A stretch of 64,000 nt of DNA from NCBI GenBank assembly GCA_963838485.1, contig CAWIRY010000186.1, forward strand, positions 6,159-70,158, in the 5' to 3' direction. This document shows, in pieces, positions 19,108-28,023 of this stretch. The stretch is from an uncultured delta proteobacterium (GTDB lineage Bacteria; Desulfobacterota; RBG-13-43-22). Under the pieces are notes generated by a model that saw only the letters and a list, made by a program, of their open reading frames with translations, made no database searches and was not told the DNA's origin. A program made the position numbers and the translations under genes. Each line of letters begins with the position of its first letter. Position 1 is the first letter of the stretch.

Positions 19108-20527
19108 TCAAGGTTGGAGCTGTCGAGATTTGGGGAGGGTGACGATAAAAGTGCTCCCCTGATTCGGGAGACTTACGGCGGTGATGTCGCCCCCATGGGC
19201 CCGGGCAATGGCCCTGGCCAGACTTAATCCCAACCCGATGCCCTCCTGGGACCGGCTCAGGTCGCAGCGATAAAAACGTTCAAAAATGCGGGGAAGATCA
19301 TTGGGGGAAATACCGATCCCGGTGTCTTTGACGGTGATTTCTATGTGTTCCTCTTTTTCTTCAAGGGAAACGGTTACGGATACCTCCTGACGGAGTATAC
19401 TTGATGGCGTTATCCAAAAGATTGGAAAGCAGGCGCTGGATCATCCGGGTATCACCTTTCAGGCGGCTTCTCTCCGGCAGATCACAGCGCAAATGCACTC
19501 CATTATCTTCCGCCGTGGGCAAAAAGAGTTCACAAGCCTTTTGCAGCAGGGCGGTCAGGTTGATTTCTTCTACGGATAAAGGGCCTACCCCTGATTCGGT
19601 TTTGGAAATCAGAAGCATGGTGTTGATGATATCCAGGAGACGGTCGCATTCCTCGATGGTGCTGGCCGCCATGGTCTCATATTCGCTCAGGGACTTGGCG
19701 GTGGTGAGGGTTACTTCGGCGGTTCCGCGAATTCGGGTCAAGGGGCTTCTTAAGTCATGGGCGATGTGGTCGGTCATTTCTTTTATCTCGGTGAGAAGGT
19801 CCTGAATGCGGTCAAGCATTTGATTAAAGGTAAGGGCCAGTTGATCGATTTCGTCGCCCCGACCCTTGAGGGGGACCCGTTCTTCCAGGGTACCTGCGGA
19901 TATCTTTTGAGCGGTTTGGGTCACCGCCTCCACCCCGGATACGGCCCGACGGGCCATGAACCAACCCAAACCGGCGGCCACCAGGATGAGGAAGGTCATA
20001 GTGATGATGAAAATTCCCTTAAAGGCGGCCAGAAAGCGGGAATAACTCTCCATGGCCTGGCCGACCTGCAGAATGATGGTGGGACTGATCATGGCGTAGA
20101 GGATACGGACCTTATCCGGGTGATCCGGGATGGTGATGGTCTCAAACACCGGCAGGTTGTCACGAAGCATTCCCTGGATGGCCCCTTCGGTAATATCGAT
20201 ATTTTTCCAATAGGACATATTGGATGAAGAAAAGACCTGGCCGTTCAGGGAGAGGAAGCGAAAGAAGACCTTTTTCACGCCGGCGGCCTGGGCCTCCACA
20301 AGGGCCGCGCTTTTAACGGCCTCAACGCCTTCGGAAGCCAGGAGGGTTGAAAAGCGATTGACTTGTCCCAAAAGATCCTGGTCGGTCTGGGTTCGCATAA
20401 AGGTGGTTATGAGCATATAAAACAGGAGGAAGGCCACACAAGAGGATAGAGTGAAGATCCCGGCATACCAGAGGGTCAGCCGAAAGGCCAGGGTATGGCG
20501 CAGATTAATCGGATTCCTTAAGGACAT
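19108..20527 (-). pseudogene. HAMP-containing sensor histidine kinase (CusS/heavy-metal-sensor-like), frameshifted near its ATP-binding domain as assembled
   Basis: ORF 19361..20527 ends ..NLLDNAIKYTPSGGIRNRFP*. The next frame continues VSVTVSLEEKEEHIEITVKDTGIGISPNDLPRIFERFYRCD..GLGLSLARAIARAHGG.. to a stop at 19108. Removing one G near 19379-19390 restores ..TPSGVSVTVS.. Confidence 0.8.
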
Positions 20528-21182
20528 ATCCCACTCCCCGGAGGGTATGGATCAATTTTCGGGAAAAATCCCGGTCGATTTTATCCCTCAGTCGGCAGAT
20601 CCGGGCCTCAACCACATTGGTCTGGGGATCGAAATTATAGTTCCAGACATGTTCCATGATCATGGTCTTGGAAACGACCCGGCCGGCATGGCGCATTAGA
20701 TACTCCAGCAGGGAAAACTCGATCGGCTGTAGATCGATTTTTTTCATTCCCCGGGTGACCTCCCGGGTAAGAAGATTGACGGACAAGTCCCCTACGGTCA
20801 GACTGGTGGGTTCGGAAAGGCCGCTGGCCCTTCGAATCAGGGCCTGCACCCGGGCCAGAAGCTCGGAGAAGGCAAAGGGCTTGGTCATGTAGTCATCGCT
20901 TCCGGTCTGAAGGCCTTTGATCCGGTCGTCAATGGAACCCTTGGCACTCAGGATGATGACCGGCGTACGGATTTTTTCTTTCCGCATCGTCTCGATGAGG
21001 GACAGGCCATCCCTTTTGGGCAGCATAATATCCATGATAACCGTATCATAGGGTTCGGTTAGGGCCATATCCAGGCCTGTTTCTCCGTCAAGGGCATGAT
21101 CCACGGCATAGCCGGCGGCCTTTAAGCCTTTGATAATAAAAGAGGCGATTTTAATATCATCCTCAACCACTAAAATACGCAT
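20505..21182 (-). CDS. OmpR/PhoB-family response regulator
   Basis: REC domain (MRILVVEDD..DxxIMDIMLP..) plus a winged-helix C-terminus (..LTxREFxLLEYLMRHAGRVVS..LRxKID..IHTLRGVGY). Overlaps the start of the kinase gene. Confidence 0.9.
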   Translation of the reverse strand: MRILVVEDDIKIASFIIKGLKAAGYAVDHALDGETGLDMALTEPYDTVIMDIMLPKRDGLSLIETMRKEKIRTPVIILSAKGSIDDRIKGLQTGSDDYMTKPFAFSELLARVQALIRRASGLSEPTSLTVGDLSVNLLTREVTRGMKKIDLQPIEFSLLEYLMRHAGRVVSKTMIMEHVWNYNFDPQTNVVEARICRLRDKIDRDFSRKLIHTLRGVGYVLKESD

Positions 21183-21258
21183 ACCAAGACCTCAAAGATA
21201 CGGTTACACTTGGAATCCAAAAGTCGGAATCCGGATTCTTTGATCTTTTCGCAGGCCT

Positions 21259-23389
21259 CTAAGCATTCTGCAAGGCCTTGAGATAAAATTTATCAATATA
21301 CTCTTTAACCATCCGGCGGGCAGAGAACCTGGGGGCGTTGGTTTTTATGGATTCTTTCATCACCCGGATCCAGCCGTGGGGCAGGCCATTATTGGACAGT
21401 TGGTAAAATAAAGGGATGATTTGTTTTTCCAACAGCTCATAGATCGCCTGGGCATCTTGGGGATCTCGGTCCCCGGCTATTTCTTTTTCACCAAAGGCCC
21501 AGCCGTTTTTCCCGGTATATCCTTCCACCCACCACCCATCCAGGATACTCAAATGAGGGACCCCGTTCAGGGCGGCCTTCATCCCGCTGGTCCCGCTGGC
21601 TTCCATGGGGGGCAGGGGATTGTTCAGCCAGACGTCGACCCCGTGTACCAGGTATTGGGCCAATTGTTCCCCGTAATCTTCGACAAAGGCGACCCGCCCT
21701 CCCATCTGGAAATCTTTGGGCGGCGTTAAACACCCGCTGCAGGACCCGTTTTCCCGGATCATCGGCCGGGTGGGCCTTGCCGGCAAAGATGATTTGTATT
21801 GGCCGCCGGGGATCATTGAGCATTTTTTTAAATCGCTCCAGGTCCTGAAAAATCAAATCGGCCCTTTTATAAGTGGTGAAACGGCGGGCAAACCCGAGGG
21901 TCAGGACCGACGGGTCCAGCAAGGTCCCTCCGCTTAAAATGGTCGAGGGGTTGACCCGGTCGGCGGCCCAGCGCTGGCGGGCCTTCTCCCGGATGATGTT
22001 GATCAATTTTAACTTCAGCCAGTAATGGGTCTTCCAAAGCTCCTCATCGGGGATGGTTTCCACCTTCTCCCAGACCAGGGGGTCATCATGGTCGGCCAGC
22101 CAGTCCGGCCCGAGATATTTATTAAAAAGGAGTTCCATCTTTGGTTCAATCCAGGTCGGGACATGAACGCCGTTGGTGACGTGATCGATCGGCACGTTCT
22201 CTTCCGGCATTTGGGGCCAAAGCCCCTTCCACATGCGCCGGGCCACTTCTCCGTGTCTTTTACTGACCCCGTTGCTAAAACCAGAGAGCCTGAGGGCCAG
22301 GGCGGTCATGTTAAACCCGGAAGTTGGATCCTCAGGATGGATCCCCAATTTGAGGAAGGCATCGTGATCAATGCCTAAGGTCGGCCAATAGGAACGGAAA
22401 TATTTTTCGATCAGGGGGAAAGGAAAGATATCATGGCCGGCCGCGACCGGAGTATGGGTGGTAAAGACCGAGGTGGGCCGCACCCGTGAAATAGCTTCCT
22501 CATAAGGCATTCCCTCCTGGACCCGCTCCCTGACCCGCTCCAGGAGGGCGAAGGCGGGATGTCCCTCGTTCAAATGTAAGACCGTATGCTTAATGCCTAA
22601 AGCCGAAAGCACTTCATAGCCGCCGATGCCCAGGACGATCTCCTGGCGCAAACGCTGCTCCAGGTCGCCAATATAAAGATGGGCCGATATCCCCCGGTTC
22701 CAGGGATCATTGATCGGGATATCCGTATCCATCAGATAGAGCGAGATGCGGCCTACGGCCACTTTCCAAACGGCCACATGGATCGGGGGTTCGATAAAAG
22801 GGATCTTGACGACCATTTGGTCTCCGGCCTCACTCAAAACCCGGGTAATCGAGGCCGCATCACGATCCAGGATTTCATCCGGATTTTCCTGCCAGCCGTC
22901 CTCGCGAATCTGCTGCCGCAGATAACCCTCCGGATACATAAACCCTACGGACACCATGGGCACCCGGAGATCGCTACATTCTTTAAGATAGTCACCGGCT
23001 AAGAACCCCAAGCCTCCGGCATAAAAAGGCAGGGAATTATGCAGCCCGTATTCGGCCGAAAAATAGGCGATAAAATGGGTTTCCGCATCGGGGATCCTCT
23101 CTACAAAACAATTTTCCTTCGTCTCCTGATCCCGGCGGAATTGTTCCAGGACCGAATCATAGTGTTGAAGATATTCCGGATTATGGGCAGCTTCCTCAAG
23201 AATTTCACCGGGAAGCTCAGAAAGGACCTGGACCGGATTATGCCCGCTCTCCTTCCAGATCTGGCGATCCAACATTTTAAAGAGCATCCTGGCGGCCGGA
23301 TGCCAGCTCCACCAGAGGTTGGCGGCAATTTCATTAAGACCCTTTAGCTTTTCCGGAATATGAGGGAATTGTTTTTTGCTGTCATCCAT
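21259..23389 (-). pseudogene. glgP: Alpha-glucan (glycogen/maltodextrin) phosphorylase of the GlgP TIGR02094-like type, frameshifted as assembled
   Basis: ORF 21488..23389 has an N-terminus (..NLWWSWHP..) typical of alpha-glucan phosphorylases. ORF 21259..21816 carries ..GGRVAFVEDYGEQLAQYLVHGVDVWLNNPLPPMEASGTSGMKAALNG.. The frames join as ..VFNAAKDFQMGGRVAF.. if one base is removed near 21708-21724. Confidence 0.8.
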
Positions 23390-23424
23390 AGGGATTTGTC
23401 CTTGAAACGTGAAAATGTCCTGAA

Positions 23425-23492
23425 GGATTCAGGGGGTCCAGGATTCGAGGATTCAAGTGAAAGGCATGGAAGTTAAAACCCTCGAATCCTCG
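23425..23492. repeat. Intergenic repeat family R2, inverted copy of 7047-7128
   Basis: The reverse complement contains GGATTCGAGGGTTTTAACTTCCATGCCTTTCACTTGAATCC, which matches 7060-7106 with a few differences. It is flanked by ggattc(a/g)agg-type decamers. Confidence 0.6.
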
Positions 23493-23610
23493 TCTCTTTT
23501 TTGATTATACCAGAGAAAGGGGGAAATGGCACGCTTTCTGATCGTGGCGAAGGGTTCTGCTTACAGGGGGTCTTCACCGAGGGTGATGGCTGATTACGAA
23601 TTCGCCATCT

Positions 23611-24689
23611 TTATAAGTTTTTCCGAACAAAGGGCTCACATTGCCGGGTAAAACCGATCAGTTTTTCCAGCTTTTCTTTGGCCCGGCCCGAGTCGATGGA
23701 ATCTTCCGCCCTCTTGATCCCTTCGTTAAAGGTTTTATCCAGACCCACGGCCATAAAGGCCGCGGCGGCATTCAGCAGGACCATTTCCCTCTTGGCGCTC
23801 CGTTCCCCGTGTAATAACGCCCGAATTATTCCGGCATTCTCAGCGGCGTTTCCCCCTTTGATGTCCTCGGGCATGGCCCTTTTGAAGCCCACCTCTTCAG
23901 GAGAAAAATCAAAGGTATTTACCCGGCCGTTTTTAAGATGGGAAATGTGGGTAGGGCCGCAGATGCTGATCTCATCAAAGGTCCCTTCCCCGCAGACCAC
24001 AAAGGCTTCTTTGGTCCCCAGGTGTTGCAGGACCAGGGCCATTTTTTCAGTCAACTCCGGGGCATAAACCCCCAGGACATGGGCCGCGGCCCCGGCCGGA
24101 TTGGTTAGGGGACCCAGGAGATTAAAGATCGTTCGAATCCCTATCTCCTGTCTGGGTTTGGCGGCATATTTCATGGCCCCGTGAAAAAGCGGGGCAAAGA
24201 GAAACCCGATGCCGATTTCCTGGATGCATCTTTCCACGTCGGTAGTGGTCAGGTTTAAATTGACCCCCAGGCTTCCCAGGACATCGGCGCTGCCGCACCT
24301 GCTGGAAACCGCCCGGTTGCCGTGCTTGGCCACCTTGACGCCAGCCCCGGCGGCCACAAAGGCCGTGGCCGTGGAGACATTGAAGGTCTTAGTGCCGTCG
24401 CCTCCGGTGCCGCAGGTATCCAGAATGGTTTCTTCTTCGATGTTGATCTCATCCCGGTCAAGGTTGATCAGGTGGTTTTTCAGATTGATCCGGATAGACT
24501 TGGCCCGCATGGCCCTGGCCGCCCCGGTGATCTCGGCCACCGTCTCCCCCTTGAATCTCAGAACCGTATGAAGGCCCCTATCTGGGCTTCGCTGGCCTGG
24601 CCGGTCATGATTTGGTCCATAATCCCTTCCATCTCTTTTTCCGTCAGATCCTTGCCGCTGACGATCCTGGTTATTGCTTCTTTGATCAT
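23611..24689 (-). pseudogene. trpD: Anthranilate phosphoribosyltransferase, N-terminal 43 codons out of frame as assembled
   Basis: ORF 23611..24540 has CGTGGDGTKTFNVSTA and KHGNRAVSS. Upstream, an ATG at 24689 (RBS ggagg) encodes [41 protein letters not shown] and then hits a stop. Adding one base near 24561-24570 gives ..[24 protein letters not shown].. Confidence 0.85.
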
Positions 24690-24858
24690 TTTTTTCCTCC
24701 TTGATTTAAACCCCCAGCCGGGGGCGGCTCGGCACCATTCTTATAAAGGTGTTTGCATCTAAACGTTTTTGATCAGCTTGTTGAAAAAATATTTTTAACC
24801 TCTTGCTGATTCATCCTTGGAATAAAAAGGATGTTTTTTCATCGGCCTAAAAATAAAA

Positions 24859-24890
24859 AGGCCGTGAATTTTCCTTCACGGCCTTTTTTT
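24859..24890 (-). terminator. Second intrinsic terminator hairpin (B) in the trpD leader, bidirectional in form
   Basis: On the minus strand: A7-GGCCGUGAA-ggaaaa-UUCACGGCC-UUUUUAUUUUU. Its A-run plus 5' arm can pair instead with the 3' arm plus U-run of hairpin A. Confidence 0.6.
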
Positions 24891-24900
24891 GCGCACAAAT

Positions 24901-24939
24901 AAAAAAAGCCGTGGAGAACCGGAGCGGTCCCCACGGCTT
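24901..24939 (-). terminator. Attenuator terminator hairpin (A) downstream of the Trp leader peptide
   Basis: On the minus strand: AGCCGUGGGGAccgcuccgguUCUCCACGGCU followed by U7. Its 5' arm CCGUGGG can pair with CUCACGG inside the leader ORF. Confidence 0.7.
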
Positions 24940-24957
24940 GATGATGAATAAATCAGG

Positions 24958-25032
24958 TTAGCGGTGGATAAACCCCTCCCGTGAGTTCTGCCACCACCAC
25001 CAGCTATTCGATAATATGGGTCTTTGGTTCAT
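24958..25032 (-). CDS. trpL: Tryptophan leader peptide MNQRPILSNSWWWWQNSREGFIHR
   Basis: A 24-codon ORF with four consecutive UGG codons. AGGAA lies 9 nt upstream of the ATG. The ORF sits between a near-consensus promoter and a terminator, about 270-340 nt upstream of the trpD ATG on the same strand. Confidence 0.7.
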   Translation of the reverse strand: MNQRPILSNSWWWWQNSREGFIHR

Positions 25033-25062
25033 CGTCAAAGATTCCTAAAAAAGTTGACTACT

Positions 25063-25091
25063 ATAATACCAGACCCCTTAATCCAGGTCAA
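25063..25091 (-). promoter_or_regulatory. Sigma70-type promoter for the trp leader / trpD transcript
   Basis: On the minus strand: TTGACC (25091-25086), a 17-nt spacer, then TATTAT (25068-25063). Confidence 0.5.
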
Positions 25092-25147
25092 CCGTTTTTT
25101 TACGGATGGTCATTTTTTTGAGATTTCCCGTAGCCCCTTTCCTTTAC

Positions 25148-27085
25148 CTATAATTCCCAGGCGGCCCTGGCCCCCTCTTCGACGGCCTCGATGATCCGCC
25201 GGGGTCGGAGGGCGTCGCCGATCACCGCATAGGGAATCTTTAAGGCATCCAATGGGCCTTTCAGTCCGTCCCTGGCCTTCAAGCCCACGGCCAGCACCAC
25301 CTGATCGATAGGAGATAAGGTCGTACCCTGCCCATCAGTCTCGATCTCTACGCTTCCCTCGCTGATCGATTTCAAGGTCGTGTTGAAAAGCAGACGACAA
25401 TTCTTGTCCCGCAGACGCGTATGGAGCATGTAGCCGTGGGAGGTGATCTTCAGCACCGGTGAGCGCTTGAGCATCTCCACCAGGGTTACCTGGCTGCCTT
25501 GTTCGCTCAGGAAATCGGCCGTCTCCATGCCGATCAAGCCGCCGCCGACGACCAGGACATTCTTTCCCGGTTTAACGTGACCGCCCAGGACCTGCCAGGC
25601 ATCGCAGACCTGGGCCTTATTGCTTCCCGGTATGGGAGGGATGATCTTCTCCCCGCCGGCGGCCAGGATGACAAAGCCGGGGCGATTTTCCCGGAGCAGG
25701 GATTCAGTAACGGTCGTTCCGTTTTTAATCGTGACCTTGGACTTCTTGACCTGATCGATCTGCCAGTCGATCCACTCACCGTAGATCTTCTTGTGGGGCG
25801 GTATGCGGGCAAAGCGGATCTGGCCGCCCAGATCCTTCTCCTGTTCGAAAAGGGTCACCCGGTGCCCCAGACGGGCCGCCTCATAGGCTGCTGTCAAACC
25901 TCCGGGGCCTGCTCCTACCACCCAGACCTCCTTGGGTTCGAAGGACGGACCCTGGGGGTAGATCGTCTCCTGGCCTGTTTCCGGGTTGATGGAACAGCGG
26001 ATATTGCCCTCGCCTAAAATCTCTCTTTCGATGCACCCCTGGTTGCAGGCGATGCACTTTCGGATATCGGCCGTTCGTCCGGCCCTGGCCTTGATCAGAA
26101 AATCCGGGTCGGCCAGAAATTGTCGACCGAAGGCCGCCAAATCGGCATCGCCCCGGCCGATCACCTCATCGCCCTGGGTCGGATCGGTGAACCGGCCGAC
26201 GGCAATGACCGGAACATCAACCACGTCTTTTACTTTTCTGGCCAGCCAGGCGTTAAAACCCGGCTCGTATTCGGCCGGAGGCGAGGTAATCCCGGCCGGG
26301 CTGCCGTGGGTGCCGAAGGAGGCATGGATGAGGTCGCCCCCGGCCCGGACCATATCGGGCAGGATGGTCTGCATGTCATCGGCGGAGTACCCGCCCCTGA
26401 TGGATTCCTCCGTGGATATCCGCAAGGATAAGGGGAAATCAGGACCAACTTTTTGCCTGACCTCTTTGATGACCTCGAGGACGAAACGGGACCGTTCCTT
26501 TAAAGTCGATCCTCCATACCCGTCGGTCCGCCGGTTAGACAGGGTTGAGAGAAACTGGGTCAGGAGATAACCATGGGCGCAGTGGATCTCCACGGCATCA
26601 AAACCGGCCTCCCGGGCCCGGGCCGCGGCTGACCCGAAAGCGGCGATGGCTTCTTTAATATCTTCCAGGGTCATCTCCCGGGGTGTCGTGCGAAAGACAA
26701 TGCTCGGAATGGCCGAAGGCCCCAGGGCCTTCCCCTGGGACCCCAAGAAATGACTCTCCCTGCCGGCATGATGGATCTGCATGGCGATCTTGGTCCCGGC
26801 CTCGTGGGCCACGGAAACCAGTTTCTTCAGCCCGGGAATAAACCGGTCTTCGTAGGCGCCAAGTTGATTGGGGCTGACGATGCCCATGGGATGAACCCCG
26901 GCTATTTCGGTGATGATCAATCCCGGTTCCCCTTTGGCTCGGCGTTTCATATAGGCCAGGTTCTCGGCGCTGACCGTGCCGTCGGGATTGCCCAGGTTCG
27001 TACCCATGGGGGGCATGACCACTCGGTTAGCCAGTTCCATGGATTTGATGGACATGGGTGATAAGATATGGCTCAAACTACTCAT
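25148..27085 (-). CDS. Old-yellow-enzyme-family NADH:flavin oxidoreductase with a C-terminal FAD/NAD(P)-binding domain (2,4-dienoyl-CoA reductase FadH-like)
   Basis: N-terminus ..ELANRVVMPPMGTN.. and HCAHGYLLTQFLS (OYE TIM barrel). Cys motif CIACNQGC. GAGPGGLTAA and VVGGGLIGME dinucleotide folds. Confidence 0.85.
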   Translation of the reverse strand: MSSLSHILSPMSIKSMELANRVVMPPMGTNLGNPDGTVSAENLAYMKRRAKGEPGLIITEIAGVHPMGIVSPNQLGAYEDRFIPGLKKLVSVAHEAGTKIAMQIHHAGRESHFLGSQGKALGPSAIPSIVFRTTPREMTLEDIKEAIAAFGSAAARAREAGFDAVEIHCAHGYLLTQFLSTLSNRRTDGYGGSTLKERSRFVLEVIKEVRQKVGPDFPLSLRISTEESIRGGYSADDMQTILPDMVRAGGDLIHASFGTHGSPAGITSPPAEYEPGFNAWLARKVKDVVDVPVIAVGRFTDPTQGDEVIGRGDADLAAFGRQFLADPDFLIKARAGRTADIRKCIACNQGCIEREILGEGNIRCSINPETGQETIYPQGPSFEPKEVWVVGAGPGGLTAAYEAARLGHRVTLFEQEKDLGGQIRFARIPPHKKIYGEWIDWQIDQVKKSKVTIKNGTTVTESLLRENRPGFVILAAGGEKIIPPIPGSNKAQVCDAWQVLGGHVKPGKNVLVVGGGLIGMETADFLSEQGSQVTLVEMLKRSPVLKITSHGYMLHTRLRDKNCRLLFNTTLKSISEGSVEIETDGQGTTLSPIDQVVLAVGLKARDGLKGPLDALKIPYAVIGDALRPRRIIEAVEEGARAAWEL

Positions 27086-27328
27086 GGTTTTCTCCTTTGA
27101 ATTGAGTTAGGTGCTAAACAGTGATCGTGAAATCAGACGGCATAATAACACCGTCGGCCTCAAGGCTACAGGCAAATTGTACCGAATTGAAGCTCCCTGC
27201 ACCAAGGTGCAGGGAATCTTCCAGGCAAGGTAAATGTCTATTATTTGAATTTCGCTCGCTAACCCACGCAGCAAGCTGCGGGGAATGCGCTCGCTGTCCC
27301 TGTCCAAAACCCTTCGCACTCAAGATCC

Positions 27329-27523
27329 TCAGGGAAGGATGTCTTTCACCCGGCCCACCACACCGCTAACCAGGCGTACCTTGATCCCGTGAGGATGATT
27401 AGGCGATCTGGTAAGGATATCTTTAACAACGCCTTCCGTCAGTTTCCCGGAAGGCTGGTCTTGTTTCTGTATTACCCGCACACGGGCCCCCGTTTTTATA
27501 TCCGTCCGGTTTTTTCCATCCAT
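27329..27523 (-). CDS. YwbE-family small protein (DUF2196)
   Basis: From the internal ATG at 27523: MDGKNRTDIKTGARVRVIQKQDQPSGKLTEGVVKDILTRSPNHPHGIKVRLVSGVVGRVKDILP. The roughly 64-aa size and the HPHGIKV motif fit YwbE. The upstream extension of ORF 27329..27661 is probably not translated. Confidence 0.65.
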   Translation of the reverse strand: MDGKNRTDIKTGARVRVIQKQDQPSGKLTEGVVKDILTRSPNHPHGIKVRLVSGVVGRVKDILP

Positions 27524-27760
27524 AGGGTTATCCTTCAGATTGGGCAATGTCGGGGGTAAGGCATCGGCATCGACCAATATCTGCATTCCAGCCTCGTTAT
27601 GTCGCAGAAGCGGACCTCTTCCGAATTGCGCCCCATCCGGGCAAGGATTTCTATCAATCATATAGTGTCGATATTGAGACTAATGTCAAGTCTGAAAATC
27701 CCGTTTGGTTCAAATATTTTCTTCAGAAAAGTCTTGACAGGTAACCACCCCCACCTCAGT

Positions 27761-27819
27761 CCTCCCCCATCAAGGGGGAGGAAGTTAATTTTGGTTCCCT
27801 CTCCCCTGGCGGGAGAGGG
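27761..27819. repeat. Pair of GC-rich REP-like hairpins
   Basis: CCTCCCCCatcaAGGGGGAGG (27761-27781) and CCCTCTCCCCtggcGGGAGAGGG (27797-27819). Similar G/C-run hairpins occur at 53520-53560. Confidence 0.5.
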
Positions 27820-28023
27820 CGAGGGTGAGGGGGGTTTATATCGAACATTATTATGAAACCCTTCTTAAAATCAAATCCATTGCTTTTTGTCCTTCCTCAT
27901 GATAATTTTTTCATCGATCGGCAATATTCTTATCCCGCATCAGCAAGACGCTCTGCGAGCAAAACAGAAAGTGCATTCTGGGCAGCAAGCGTCAGGGAGC
28001 TTTAACCCAAGGGAGGTACATCC

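Noticed and set aside
23527-23542. Sigma-54 promoter-like TGGCAC (tggcacgctttctgat).
   Set aside because: The -12 element is CTGA rather than TTGC at the required spacing. There is also no plus-strand gene downstream, since trpD and glgP are both on the minus strand.
24812-24840. A plus-strand terminator-like hairpin, CATCCTTggaataaAAGGATG followed by TTTTTT, in the trpD leader region.
   Set aside because: No plus-strand gene lies upstream for about 14 kb. On the minus strand it lacks a U-run. It is probably just additional 5'-UTR structure, and no function can be supported.
27107-27323. Two overlapping minus-strand ORFs of about 70 aa and one plus-strand ORF between the FadH-like gene and ywbE.
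   Set aside because: The region consists of hairpin-forming repeat-like sequence (for example CCCTGCACcaaGGTGCAGGG and GCAGCAAGCTGC). It has no RBS and mutually overlapping frames, so it is probably non-coding.
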